Of a stretch of 64,000 nucleotides of DNA, positions 1 through 13,477 are shown one piece after another. Each line of letters opens with the position of its first letter. Position 1 is the stretch's first letter. The stretch lies in NCBI GenBank assembly GCA_951406725.2, contig OX597820.1, forward strand, positions 42,532,001-42,596,000, in the 5' to 3' direction. A model generated the notes under the pieces. It was not told the DNA's origin and did not search any database. It worked only from the letters and a program-made list of their open reading frames with translations. The position numbers and the translations under genes are program-made. The stretch comes from Octopus vulgaris (lineage: Eukaryota).

Positions 1-909
1 CTGCTGCTGCTACTGATGATGATGATATGTTGATGGTGATGTTGTTTAGCTTTCTCGTTGCTGATTTCTCCGATGTTGTTTTATATTGTTTCACTAATTG
101 TTACTTCTTATTCTCGTGTTTCTTGATGATGTAGATATTCTTATTACTATTTTATCGTCAACTACACTATTGACGCTACAAATGACGTTACCACTACAAA
201 CAAATGAACTAGTACCGTTGTCTAATAAATTTTCATGAGTCAACAAAAAAAATGGGCGTTGTATATTAGCTAATCGTAAAACGATCACATGTCCTTCTCG
301 AACCATAAGCTCATCAGGCAGTTTTCCCGGATTTTGTGGCCACACCTGGGAAGGTGGAGTTGCCGCTACATAAGCAGCCGGCTTTTGTACTTTGTTTGGG
401 CCTATTTACTAATTTCTTTATACAAAATGGGAAGCTAACATTGATCTTCAACATTGCCTACCGGAATTGTTCCTGTACTGATGTTTTTGCGGATAATGCT
501 TAACCACCTATCTAAGGAAGATTTAACATTGAGAGAAAACAGTGTTTGGATTATATAATCTTACAGTGGCGTTTTCTCTTGATGGAGCATGCAAAAATAA
601 GTTTATGTCTTACCTTGCCTCCTAAACCGCTATCAGATGAGATCCGTTATAGTACGAAGCCGTGGCTTCGAAGATTTTATTAGACTATTTTGTTAATCCC
701 CATCAGTAGGTTTTGTAGGATGGCAGAAATCACTGCTGATGTAGCGTTGTTCTCGTTGGCTGCAAGAAATAAATGTAACAGCAGTAACAGCAACCGCAGC
801 AGGAATAACAGGAGTAATCATCATTATTACACTTACTTCCTCCCCCCCCCCGCTCTCTCTCTCTGTGTTTTCACTCACACACTTCCCCTCTGCAATATAT
901 GTCAGCTGT

Positions 910-1128
910 AAGGCAGCGAGCTGGCAAAAACGCTAGAACGCCGGGCAAAATGCTTAGGGGTATTTCGTCCGTCTCTACCTACTGAGTTCAAATTCCGCCG
1001 AAGGCGACTTTGCATTTCATCCTTTCGGGGTTGATACATTAAGTACCATTTGCGTTCTAGGGTCGATCTAATCGACTGGTTCTCTCTCCCAAAAAGTCGG
1101 GCCTTGCGCCTATGGTAGAAAAGAATAT
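910..1128 (+). mobile_element. tRNA-derived SINE, family A (monomer)
   Basis: Head aaggcagcgagctggcaaaaacgctag, B-box-like gagttcaaattcc, body gactttgcatttcatcctttcgggg, tail gggccttgcgcctatggtagaaaagaat; matches copies at 30509, 52148 and 61538. Confidence 0.9.
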
Positions 1129-1399
1129 AAGTCAGTCACACATTTTGTTTCGGCAGCAAGTTTATTAGTACCTGTTTCAATATAACAACCAACAAATTAT
1201 CTACTTTCAAGTTGGCCTCTATAGTGACTGAGCCGAAGGGCATTTAGAACATGAGTTACGGCTTTAACAAGTCAATCGTATACGGTAACTCTTGATGATG
1301 CTAAGACATCGTTTCGCTATAGGCCAAATCTCCTGCGCATGAGTAGAATAACAAATGCTGCTACAATCACATACATGAGCAATGTATGTTCGGGTAAAT

Positions 1400-1890
1400 G
1401 GCAATCCTCCTATTTGCTGCCGTTATTTTGTTGCTGCTTTTATTACTGTTGTACTTGCTACGTAGGTTGTTGTTGTTGTTGTTCTTCTTCTTCTTAAGGT
1501 TGACTTCGACGTTGATACAGATCACGGTACTTTCGTTTGTTGAAATTATTGATAGCACTAATACTGCGGCTGCTACAGTAGACGATGATGATGATGATGT
1601 CGTCGTTGTTGTTGTAGTTGTTGTTGTTGATGATGATGATGATGATGACGACGACGATGATGATAGTGGTGGTGGTGGTGGTTCTGCTGCTGCTGCTGCT
1701 GCCGATGCTGCTTCTATTTACTGCTTACTGTTGTTTTTGGTGTTTATTGTCGTTAGTCATGATGATGATAATGACGATGATGACGAGATCGACGACGACG
1801 ATGATGATAACGATGACGATAACTGTGACGCCAACGATGAGGACGACGACGACGACTACAACAACGACAACGTTGACAATGAGAACTGAC
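1400..1890. repeat. Compound trinucleotide array (GTT/GAT/GAC/GGT/GCT)
   Basis: Visible runs; explains the poly-L/V/D ORFs. Confidence 0.95.
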
Positions 1891-2249
1891 TATGCTGACT
1901 GTGTAACGGCTGTGTCGTCGGTGTTAAGAGGCAAGGCAGTAGTAATACTATTTTTCCATCGCTACCTACCTACCTCAAGAGGGAACGAATGAATGAATTA
2001 TAAGGCTGTTGCTAGGGTGACGTCGCTGTTTGTGCCAACAAGCCAAGTTGAGGCTATGTCTATGGAAGGAACGGTGAAACGGTACAACATGGAACTCAGT
2101 GGAATAACTGACGCAAATATTCGCGTATTTCTTTACTGATTGGATTACGATTGAGCAAGGAATACTGACGATTTCGGTATTAATCTTGTGTGTTGCTATG
2201 GTTACTAAAGCCCCTCTGCCGGATATCTATGGTTGATGCTTTCCGAACG

Positions 2250-2303
2250 TTGATGATGACGGTGTTGGTGGTGTTGGTGGTGGAGGTGGTGATGATGACG
2301 ATA

Positions 2304-2351
<48 letters not shown>

Positions 2352-2418
2352 GTGACGACGATGATGATGGTGGTGGCGGTGGTGGTGGCGGTGGTGATGA
2401 TGACGATGATGATGATGG
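2250..2418. repeat. (GAT)n/(GGT)n array
   Basis: Visible runs. Confidence 0.95.
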
Positions 2419-2576
2419 TTTCCTTTCGACGTTATCTCTATTTTACATGCATGTTAGAAATGGCGCTAGTGAACAGCAGTTGTTCGAATACTTGTGGGTC
2501 TTCAGCTTATTAAAGTGAATCCTATCCGGAACGTTCTATTTCTTCCTCGCAGTCAATAAGTTAGGTAAAGAAATAA

Positions 2577-2585
2577 ACACACACA

Positions 2586-2644
<59 letters not shown>
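2577..2644. repeat. (CA)n microsatellite
   Basis: Visible run. Confidence 0.98.
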
Positions 2645-2646
<2 letters not shown>

Positions 2647-2949
2647 TAGTGCGCGCAAAAAAAAAAGAGAATGAAGACGTAGATGAGGAAGAGAAGGAGG
2701 AGAAGAAAGTGAAATGAGTAGAGGCAGGTAGGTAGAGGGAAACGATGCTGAGCTGGAAGTAAGAGGCAGAGAGGGAGAAGGAAGGAAAGGGTGAGATAGA
2801 GAGGGGTTTAAGAAATAAAATGTTAAAAAAGAAGAAAATTCTGTAGGAGGAAGGAGAGGAAAGATAAAGGGCGTAGTAGTAGTGATGGTGGTAAAAGAAA
2901 GACGTTAAGAAGTAGAAGTGATATTAGCTGTAGTATTGTTACAAGCACG

Positions 2950-3327
2950 AATGGTGATGATGGTGGTACTGGTGGTGGTGGTGGTGATGCTGCTGCTGCT
3001 GATGCTGGTGGTGCTGGTGCTGGGTGTTGCGGTGACACGCGGGTGGCAGCAGTAGTTTTAGTTTTGCTTTTTCTTCTTGTAAAGTGATATAGAAGAAGAA
3101 CAACAAGAAGAAGAGGAAGAACAAGAACAAGAAGAACAACAAGAACAAGAACAAAAACAAGAAGTAGAAGAACAACAAGAACAACAAGAACAACAACAAC
3201 AAGAACAAGAAGAAGAAGAAGAAGAACAAGAAGAACAACAACAACAACAAGAAGAAGAACAAGAAGAAGAACAAGAAGAATAAGAACAAGAAGAAGAAGA
3301 AGAAGAAGGGGAGGAGGAGGAGGAATA
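2950..3327. repeat. (GGT)/(GCT) then (GAA/CAA)n/(GAG)n array
   Basis: Visible runs. Confidence 0.95.
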
Positions 3328-5654
3328 AGAATGTTGGGAGATGAATACGGAAAACAAGGCGTTAATCAACAAAATATTAATGACAATAAAACCTGGATGA
3401 ATAAGACACAAATAAATGAGCTGAGATGACCCTTATTATCATTCTTAATATTTCTACCCCTTTTCGCTACTTAGATGTAACAAGGCGTCATATATTAGGA
3501 ATTGATCTTCCATCGATCTTTGCTGACAATAACGGATTCAATTAGCGTTTGAGACGTTATATTTGTCCTTAAGGGTTTGCATGAATATCATAAAGTTTCA
3601 GTTCCTCTTGATAAGTCAAAAGGAAGAACACTGAAGCCTGTAGTTCTGAATTAAATTTAAAAATCAGTGTTTCAGTAAACGCTTTCTACGAACTACGACT
3701 GTCGTCAGTTAAATCAAAATGTAAATTTAAGTTGAATCAATTATAAATATATTAAATATATTAAATATGATTTTACCTCAAAAGGCAACACACTGAGACT
3801 GGTTATACTCGAAACACGTAGTCATAATCCCTGGGTAGCATTATTCTGATTACTCCACCGACCGAGTACCACGATTCTGTTTCTTATCTATTATAGTTAT
3901 TATAATTCGCTTCTAATATTTTAACTGTCCTGGAACATCTATACAGGAGCAGCAAACAAACCATTAAAGGATCCGTCACAAGAGATCCCCCCTCTCTCTC
4001 TTACTCTCTTCTTATGCATCAAAATAATGGAAAGGGTGTGTTTACATTCATATTTTTCTGGCAGCAAAGCTTTCTAATATTTACATTTTATTTCACTCCT
4101 GATTCACGCTATATTGTGTGTAGAATACCTATTCAACTTTATAATCATAATTCTTTGCATACAGTTTCACTTATTCTACTCGTAGCCTTAATGTTTCAGA
4201 TTAGGAATTAATAGATTAATTAAAACAGTCTTTAGTATATAGCAAAAGAATATTGCAGACATAAACAATCATATGTATTTCAACATCTGAATTGAACAAA
4301 TGTCAGTTTGACCAGAAAAGGATCTGCGTAAAATTGGATTGCAAAATTTATTGTGGTAATTTTTACTTATAATCTACTTTTGTGATGTAACTCAATTATA
4401 TTTCCTGTGTGAAAGTCAATGTATGAAAAGTGGTCTTTATCTAATGTAATTCTGAGATGGATTAAGCTGATAGATTTCCATACTGACTTCTGATGAAGAA
4501 GTTAAATTCAACAATGTGAGGCGTTGGAGCACTCATCAAAGGAGCAGTGCAGCCACTGCACACAATGATAACCAATATTATTCTGGAATTGTAGTAATCT
4601 ACGGAATTACAATTCTATGTAGAACCTTAAAGAAATACAGAAATTCAAGCTAAATGAAATATTTTCACTACACACAAATAAATGATTGTTGAGATTCCGA
4701 ACCAACTTGTTTTGGCCATAGGGAGTCTTTAGAGGAATTCACTTTATTGCAAACATTTAGACCGGCTAACCGGTTTTCTCAAGTTCCCCCATTGATATTG
4801 GCATGGTTCTTTACATGCTCGGCAGCAAAGCGCATCGCTTTCTTAAGGGCTGGTAAATGCCATGAGCCCATAGCCTCTTTCTTGTATAGCATGTGAATAT
4901 AAGGCTGATCTTCGAACATTGATTTACTGAAGACTTCAAATATCAGGTCAGTACACCTGATATAGTTTTAGATACGAAATCTCTCTGAAAGAGGAAATAT
5001 GAAATGTATTCAAAGAATTTTTAATGTTGCAAAACGCTTCTGACTCCAATCTAAATACATCACTGGAATTTACTGAATATAATTTTAATTTGCGAGGTTC
5101 ACAATATAGACCAACAAACGAATACAGCAATGAATATCCAGTTTTGTAGATGAGAATTTGGGTTCCCTTCTAGTTTAGTCTCTGTTTCCCTCAGTCTCTT
5201 GCATGTCTCCCAGGACTTGGACAATTTATGGAGATGCAGAAACTTACTTTCAAATAAGGGTCTTGACATTTCTACACACCTGAGGCTGCGACCTTCATCG
5301 GGCCCAAATATCTTGCTCCGAATTACTTCCGTATCATTCTAATAGGAATGTGTTGTAGGGGTATTATTGACACCCAAAATTCTGCATGAGCCTTGCTGAT
5401 TTTAATTATATTTATTGTAAATCAGAAATGGCTCTCTTCGGCTATGAGTGAACATTTATAATTATATATGTACACATGCATGAATTTATGTATGTTTTTA
5501 ATTATGTAAGTAAGATAAATATATTTGTTGTTTTTTACATATATTTGTGCAATTCTAATCCATTTAAATCTACAGTTACCATCCCTAAATAGCGGAGATA
5601 CAAAAAAATACTTATTTCTTATACACGCGAGTATACATACACGTATGTAAGCAT

Positions 5655-5704
<50 letters not shown>

Positions 5705-5780
5705 AGAGAAAAAATGATCTTAGCTTTGCGTCTCGGTCATCGTGTGGCAGAATAAAAAATAAATAAATAAATAAAAAAGG

Positions 5781-6127
5781 GACATGAAGGCCTGCAACAT
5801 CAATATTAGCGGTTGGGAGGCAGTTGCCGGCAACCGTGGGGAATGGCGACGTACCGTAAAAGAGGGAATACAAAGGAGTGACAGAGAGAGAGAGGAGAAA
5901 TGGAAAGAAAGGAAGAGACGTAAACAAGAGACTATGGCACTACAACCAGCCAGGAACAGTCTTCGCTACATTTGCGGTACCTGCCAGAGGGAGTGTTTGT
6001 CCAGGATAGGACTACACAGCCACAGCAGGAAATGTATCAGGACATGAAATATAAAAGCCGGACTAGACTACTTCACGCGCAAATCCATTGTCTCCCGAGA
6101 CAGAAAGGATGCCAATACAATACAATA
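5781..6127 (+). mobile_element. 5'-truncated RTE-clade LINE (ORF C-terminus with zinc finger, plus 3' UTR)
   Basis: ORF 5784-6047: WEAVAGNRGEWRRTVKEG...YICGTCQRECLSRIGLHSHSRKC, typical RTE/BovB C-terminus; 3' end ccattgtctcccgagacagaaaggatgcc + (AATAC)n. Confidence 0.88.
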
Positions 6128-6479
6128 TATGGAGAGAGGTAGAAAGAAAGAGATGCATACATACGTGTGGGTGACAAGGTGTGTATCTGTGTGATCATGT
6201 ACTGTAATATGTTGTTCTTTTTATGTTGTATGCATGTCTGAACACACATGGATAATGCTGGTAATATGAAACGCATTGCAACTCATTGTCTTATCATCCG
6301 TTTATCGACGGTTGAATTGGCAGCAGCAACATGATTAGAAACCTAGCCAGACAGAAGCAACACTTATCAAAGATAAGATGATGCCAACATTAGTTACTGT
6401 TCAACACTAATGCACATAAATATACAAGAGCTCAAGCTGTTGAAATAACCCTCAGAGAGAACAGCAAGAGTGTTGAGTA

Positions 6480-8217
6480 ATTTTGTGCTATTTAGCCGTG
6501 AAAAAATCGGTTTTTCGGGAATAATCCAAATAAGCATGGAGTAAATTGTGTTTAAAGCCCATTTCACATCCTTAGGCGTCGAACATTTTCAGTATTCTTT
6601 TGTTTTTGTAGTTTAGATCATTGTGATTAGCCGAGAAGTACTTTAGCGCATCTTTAAAACAAATCCATGACTCTGTTTCAGAATCACTAAGAGGGTTTTC
6701 AAAACTTTCATCCTTGATGAGTTTCCATGAAAAGACACCCTTAGTGTCAGGTAGCGCAGGAAACTCGACACGCAAATATTTCAAGTCCACTCCATCCTGT
6801 AACATAGCTTTTATGAAATGCTCAATGAGACAATTTTTTTAAAATATGGAAACATCAAAGGAAAGCTTCTCGGATCAAATAAATTTTTAGAAAGATATTG
6901 TTTGTTCAAAGTGTAACCATATCCTTACTTGGCCCTTCTTTTTTAGACCAATGGATGGTCTGGCTCTGCTGTACCATTCACACAAGAAACAAGGAAACCT
7001 TGAGTAGCTTGACTGTTCTCCAAGTAACAAGCAATTTATTTTCAAGTTGCTGCAAATCATCTAGTTGTAATCTTTGAGTTTCATCGTGTGTGAGATTAAC
7101 TCCCTATTTTTATGTTTCCAGCATCATCATTGAGTGTCCAACAGAGATGGAACTATACAACAGCTTCAAGACTTCTATTTGAAGAGTCACTAAATAATCT
7201 TTACTCATCACTGCTGTAACTCATGCAAAGCTTTTTATTAGTCATGATGGATCTCTTCAACGAAGCAAAAGATTTTCTAAAGAGAAACAAAGAATATGTT
7301 TTATGTGGTTACGATAACAATAGAATTATGTGCGAGAAGCTAAAAGATACTTAAATTTAAGCCTGGAACCTAACAGCTCTGACATCTTTGCGACCATTAA
7401 GTCCCTCACCTGATCATTTAATTCACACTGATTGAGGAGTTGATGTTCTTCTCCTTCACTGATATTGAAGACTTCACTATCATTGATATTTCTTCCTTGT
7501 GGCTCAAAACTCAAGTGTAAGTCTTCAATGAGCAACAAGTCACAATGCAGATAGGAGATTTGAATAAACAATGTTTTTCTCACTATTCGAATTGTGTCCT
7601 TGAACCTCAAATGTGGAAAGTAGCAATCATCAGTATGATGTTTAGGCTGTCTCCATATAATTGAAACCCAAAATGAAAAGATTTCGTTGTACGTTGTGTC
7701 CATCGTCTTAGCTCTTTGACACATATTAAGTAGGCCTTATGAGGAATCCACTCCTTATATTGGTCTCCTATTTTAAGACCATAGAAGTCATAGTATGATC
7801 TTTTGACAAATTTCGAAATGTTTCTAACGTTTCTTAGTCAAAACCTCGATACAAATGTAACAAAAGTTATCCGGGCTTGCTCCACATCTAGAAGGTATCC
7901 TTTCTTCAAATGATGTGGCGGTTTCTAAGAAAAGGGAAATGAATATTTTTGAACGGCATATATTTGATTTTCCATCTAAATTTATAGATATTAATAAAGA
8001 CGCATTGAAATGTAACATAAGAAACTATAAAACAATATATGTAGCATGCATGGATTGGAGAAAGCCATGAGGAAGTAACTGAAATAAAAGAAAAACGATA
8101 TCTACCTTTATGAAAATGTACTTGACAAAAAAATGTTCTTTCTAATTTTTGAAATCAGATAAAATTGATCTGTTTCACCCAAAATGTGTGAAACGAGTTT
8201 TTGCTCGCAGACCAGTG
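6480..8217 (-). mobile_element. Decayed DNA transposon, Chapaev3 (CMC)-like transposase pseudogene with one terminus
   Basis: Colinear minus-strand peptides broken by stops and frameshifts: SPDNFCYIC, WRQPKHHTDDCYF, NQCELNDQVRDL..SELLGSRLK, RLFSDSSNRSLEAV, LLGEQSSYSRFPCFLCEW, KYLRVEFPAL, WICFKDALKYF, GCEMGFKHNLLHAYLDY; terminus reads CACTGGTCTG from 8217. Superfamily name is from memory. Confidence 0.75.
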
Positions 8218-8486
8218 TAATTCTTAGCTTGTAAAATACTAGGTTGAAAATCCTATTGTAGTAAAAGCGAAGGCTGCCCGCAGAAACATCCTCAGTCTTA
8301 GATGCTATTACTTATTTACGTGTGCTTAGAGATCCCTTGTTTAGAAAAAGAATATTTCTCCTAAGACATCAGTAATTGATGTGTGCGTGTTTGGGTGGGT
8401 ATAAGGATAATATATGTGTTTATGCATGTATATATAAAATAATCATTTATACAAAACCTCTAACACTCACATACATAACAACTGGC

Positions 8487-8491
8487 ATACA

Positions 8492-8525
<34 letters not shown>

Positions 8526-8874
8526 CATACATACATACATACATACATACATACATACATACATACATACATAGACACATACATATGTGTCTATGTATAC
8601 ATGTAGATTATACTCATGTTTGAATATCCAAACTGATGCGAATCGTATCAAATACGTACATTTCACCGTTCATATAAAATTGGTTCTAATTGTTTAACAT
8701 TCGCGGTTGTCTCCCCTCCCATTTTTAACTATGCCCTTCATCTACTTAACAGTTTGTCCCTATCATTGAAAGCGTCAATTTAAGCAATTAAAATTTCTGC
8801 TTGATAGAACATGTATGGTAACAGTCGCTTAAGTAATATCTTACATACCTGCTACACACAGAAACAGAAATATC

Positions 8875-8964
<90 letters not shown>

Positions 8965-9108
8965 GTGTGTGTGCATGTGTGTGTGTGTATACACATACAT
9001 ATATAAATACTACACAGACACGCAGCCATATATTGAGAGAGGGAAAGGGTGAGACAGAGAGACAGACAGACAGAGAAAGGTATGATTAGATATACATATC
9101 GTCATAAA

Positions 9109-9139
<31 letters not shown>

Positions 9140-9312
9140 CAAGTTGAATATATATACCCGTTATCATGTGCACGTATATTACCATACGCACGTACATACC
9201 TCAACTAAGACCATTGTGTGTTTTTACACACAAACGCAGACACCTACCATCCACACGTCACACACATATAACCATATATGTTTGTAGGTATATGTATATA
9301 TATGTATATATG

Positions 9313-9360
<48 letters not shown>

Positions 9361-9419
9361 ATATATGTATATATGTATATATATACACATATATAACCAT
9401 ATATGTTTGTAGGTATATG

Positions 9420-9457
<38 letters not shown>

Positions 9458-9463
9458 TGTATG

Positions 9464-9494
<31 letters not shown>

Positions 9495-9503
9495 ATATAT
9501 GTA

Positions 9504-9544
<41 letters not shown>

Positions 9545-9573
9545 ATATTTGTTTGTGTAAGTGTATGTATATA

Positions 9574-9619
<46 letters not shown>

Positions 9620-9720
9620 ATGTACACGAGCGTGTGTGCGTGCGCATACGGATATATGTATGTATATAAATATATAAGTATATGTATGCGTGTGTGTATG
9701 TGTGTGTGTATGTGTGTGTA
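8487..9720. repeat. (TACA)n, (TA)n and (TG)n microsatellite field
   Basis: Visible; includes duplicated unit cacatataaccatatatgtttgtaggtatatg near 9263 and 9386. Confidence 0.95.
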
Positions 9721-10968
9721 AGTTCACACACACTCAATACACATTCATGCACACATAAAATACACGTCTGTCTACATAAATAAATACATAACAAGTCATA
9801 AATATAATTATGTAAATATTCATATAGTTGAAAAGATATTCCCGTGAAATCAAAACTACCATTTTACTTCATGGCAAATTTTCGTGGTTATGGTGGTGAA
9901 TGGTGGTTGTTGTTTACATTGGAAATTATTAAAAAGTTTACTGCTTCTTTTCAACTCTATCTAGCCTCAAACATCAAATGAAATTAACACTTTGCTCTTT
10001 TCGGTATTATCGTTTATGTTTTTATTTTGTTTCGTTTTGTTGTGTTTTGTTTTTACTTTTTACCTTCGCTCTTCACTTTTATCCCAAAGTTGATTTTATT
10101 ACAAACTCTTTCTGTGTCATTAGGGATATGAGAATCGTTGGCCAAGTTTGTGTATGTATGGTGCTCTTTTGATATTCAGCTCCAATATGAACGGAGAATA
10201 AATACGAGAGAAAACTGCTTATTCAATTTTCTTTTTTTCTTCTTTTCTCTTTTCTCATATTCTTTTTTCCATTTTTATTTTTGTTTTCTAATCATTTCCC
10301 GTAGTTTTCTTTGTTTTGTTTGCTTTTCTTTCTTTAAGGTTGCCCTAAAGGTGCATCAGAAAAATATGTACACGAGATACACCAATCTATTTGGGGTTAT
10401 TTATTTCATTTTCTTTTTTCTATTTTCTTTTTGATTATTTTCTTCCTTTTTTCATTAAATAATTTATTTGGTTACTAAAATATAAACTTTGAAATCCAAT
10501 ATTTACTTAGATTGTCACGCTAGAGTTACATCTGTTTTCCACTGTTTTCCTATTCCATTTACCTGCTAGATTGAAATATTGAAAAATGTCATATTTATAC
10601 TTGCGTCACATACGCAAAATATAGACACACATAATACACGGAGATTCTCTATATTCCTACTCATCGTACACTCCCACTTATTCTCCCACATACATAAACA
10701 CACACGTACAAATATATATATAGGCACGTCCACATCTACACACACATCTGTGCGTGAGAGATTGGGTACATGCAAAACATGCGTAAATGGTGCAACACAC
10801 ATTCTCTTGCCGTCTCAACACACTCATATTTATGTGTATGCGTGTGTTAAGATATATATATATGTGTGTAGATGTTTGTGTGTGCGTGTGCTTGTGTGTG
10901 TCTGTGTGTTTAAGGCATAGATAAGCATTAAACATATATATACACATATGTATTTTTTTACATATGTA

Positions 10969-11015
<47 letters not shown>

Positions 11016-11627
11016 ATATATATACCTCAATAGAATTATACACATATAAACACACACGTGCCAATGCACACCTACTGTACAAATACAAAAAACTCTTTAC
11101 ATACATACGCTCACGCGCACACACGCGTGCACACACACACACACGCGTGCACACACACACATACACATATCGACACACATGCCCGCGTACACACTCATAC
11201 GCACATGTACACAGACGCATGCACCCATATGCTCATAGACACACACACACACGCACACACATACTACCACACGCACATTTTTGCATCCTCCTGCTTTAAA
11301 AATCAACACTTTCTCTATCTCTCTCCACTACCGGTCATTTCAGCCAGGCAATCACAACGTGCTTTTTGTGAACTTTCTCTTTCCTTGGACTTTTCTTTTC
11401 GCCTTTTTCTGACGAGTACTATACTCGAAACTTAAAACGCCCACACTTTTTCCCAACCTTTAACAAGGTTATTCCATATGCAGGTTCACTTGTTTTGTTA
11501 TTTGTTATTTGTTATTTTTAATGTTGGATTGTTAATATTCAACATTCAACGTACAATTGTTCAATTTTACTATATACATACATACGTATGTATGTGTAGA
11601 GTGTACAAATATCTATATATATATGTG

Positions 11628-11666
<39 letters not shown>

Positions 11667-11746
11667 ATATATATACGTATATATATGTACATAAATACCA
11701 ATATATATACATAAATACACATATGTATATACATATATATATACAT

Positions 11747-11794
<48 letters not shown>

Positions 11795-11811
11795 CATACG
11801 TATATGCTATA

Positions 11812-12090
11812 ACTCGGGATTCAGAGCCGCACAGCTGTCTAACACCTTTGCCAAAACCACTGAGGGATCTTCATGGAGTAGGTGTAGATGTTTTCCAGAA
11901 ACAACTTGACCTCTGGCCATCCAAGGTCTCGAATGAACCAATATCACGAAGCAAGAGACTCAAAAGAGGGCAACAGTTTTTTTTTTTTAACCAACAGCTA
12001 ATAACAGGAAATTGGTCATTGAAAAGGTGAGTACACTGGAGGTGCTCCAGAATGGCCACAACCGTAGGGCTGAAACGTTTGAATAAAGAC
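11812..12090 (+). mobile_element. CR1/L2-group LINE 3' fragment
   Basis: GFRAAQLSNT then (frameshift) LPKPLRDLHGVGVDVFQKQLDLWPSKVSNEP, resembling the F.GP.LFN.LP...FK..LD..L..VPDEP LINE C-terminus; short 3' UTR ending gctgaaacgtttgaataaa. Confidence 0.75.
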
Positions 12091-12119
12091 TCTATATATA
12101 TTTATATTCATACATACAT

Positions 12120-12189
<70 letters not shown>

Positions 12190-12320
12190 ATGTGTGTGTG
12201 TATGTGTGTGTGTGTGTGTTATAATGGAATAATTACTACGATGTATTTTTGTAGAATATTCTTCTGATTTACCTTGCATTTACTTCGCTTTGTTTTGGCC
12301 TTACGATCTTTTATGCAACG

Positions 12321-12374
<54 letters not shown>

Positions 12375-12433
12375 TGCATATATATGTATATATGTATTTG
12401 TATATATATATATATATACATGCATACGTGTAC

Positions 12434-12496
<63 letters not shown>

Positions 12497-12499
<3 letters not shown>

Positions 12500-12825
12500 G
12501 TACGGGACGTCACAAACCGTAAACAACCTGAGATACAAAAGCAAATGAGTTGATACGCAATCAACGAGAGAAACAAATTAAAAACAGGACAATTAGCATA
12601 AAGAACGACCCTTCATCAGTTATCAGTTGTCCATGTACACCTCATTTCAGTCGCCATAATTGACCACTAACTCCAAAAGTGTTTCTATTCTCTCTCTCTT
12701 TATTTCCTTATGTTCCTCTCTGTTGTAGAACGTATGCTCGAAATGTAAAAAACTTTGTCACCACCCCGAGCATCTACCTAATACACCTGCCTTCGTCTTT
12801 TGCTTTTCTGTAAATTTCAACTATA
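12497..12825. mobile_element. Probable Penelope-like terminal repeat remnants between (TA)n tracts
   Basis: cttcatcagttatc motif also seen near 21592; degenerate hammerhead-like ttgtagaacgtatgctcgaaatgt; no coding evidence. Confidence 0.4.
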
Positions 12826-13306
12826 TATATATATATATTATATGCCTTGTTTTAACTTGCGGCACTCTGAGAATCTTTATAATCCACCACACTATTGCGA
12901 CCACCGGAAAACACAAACAGTATATACATTAAGTATACGTAGTTAATAATAATTATTGTACTGGAACTGCTTGTATATGTGTGTGTATGTGTGTGTGTGC
13001 GTGTGTGTATCCAGAATCCGCTCGCCAAAATTATGTGTATAGCGCTGCAAGATATCTTGCGTCACAGAACTAAATTTCTGCACACACATAACTTCCTAGC
13101 ACTGTGTAACAATTACTTTTTTTTCTTTATTTTGTCTTTGATCAGTAAGTGTTATTTCCTACTTGGTTCTATCTAGAAATTAAAGAAATTACTACTGTTC
13201 TCCTTAAAAAATTTTTGTAAACTGGACATTAATATTTCGAAACTGACCTATTTTCCATTACATTTCATACAGATTCAGCGTTGAGTTGCTGAAGCAGAAA
13301 TATCGT

Positions 13307-13477
13307 TATAGCAAATATTCTGCTCAATACCTCAGATTTGCTTGTCAGTTTCGTGTCTTTAACCACTTTAAAATGTCGCTTAGTGACTGACAATATGCGC
13401 ATCTCTGATCATGAGCAGCAGTATTGGGGGAGCATCATAGCCATGTGCTGAGATGGATTCTTTGGGGGTGTGAATAA
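13307..13477 (+). mobile_element. Fragment of the (AAT)n-tailed interspersed repeat (family C)
   Basis: gcaaatattctgctcaatacc..gatttgcttgtcag..catctctgatca..gggggagcatcatagccatgtg matches 51352, 51822 and 52988. Confidence 0.9.

Noticed and set aside
1398-1992. 163-aa and 124-aa ORFs with poly-L/V/D/M/T
   Set aside because: Translations of trinucleotide arrays that are open in several frames; no domain content.
4740-5400. Coding-like unique sequence (minus HLPALKKAMRFAAEHVKN); similar unexplained blocks at 26160-26475 and 55400-56420
   Set aside because: Stops in the frames checked and no recognisable family; probably old transposon debris, left uncalled.
11320-11432. Minus-strand SSIVLVRKRRKEKSKERE, juxtamembrane-like
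   Set aside because: Poor pyrimidine tract and donor; purine-rich composition explains the peptide.
8376-12576. Many [12 protein letters not shown] ORFs
   Set aside because: Dinucleotide and tetranucleotide microsatellite translations.
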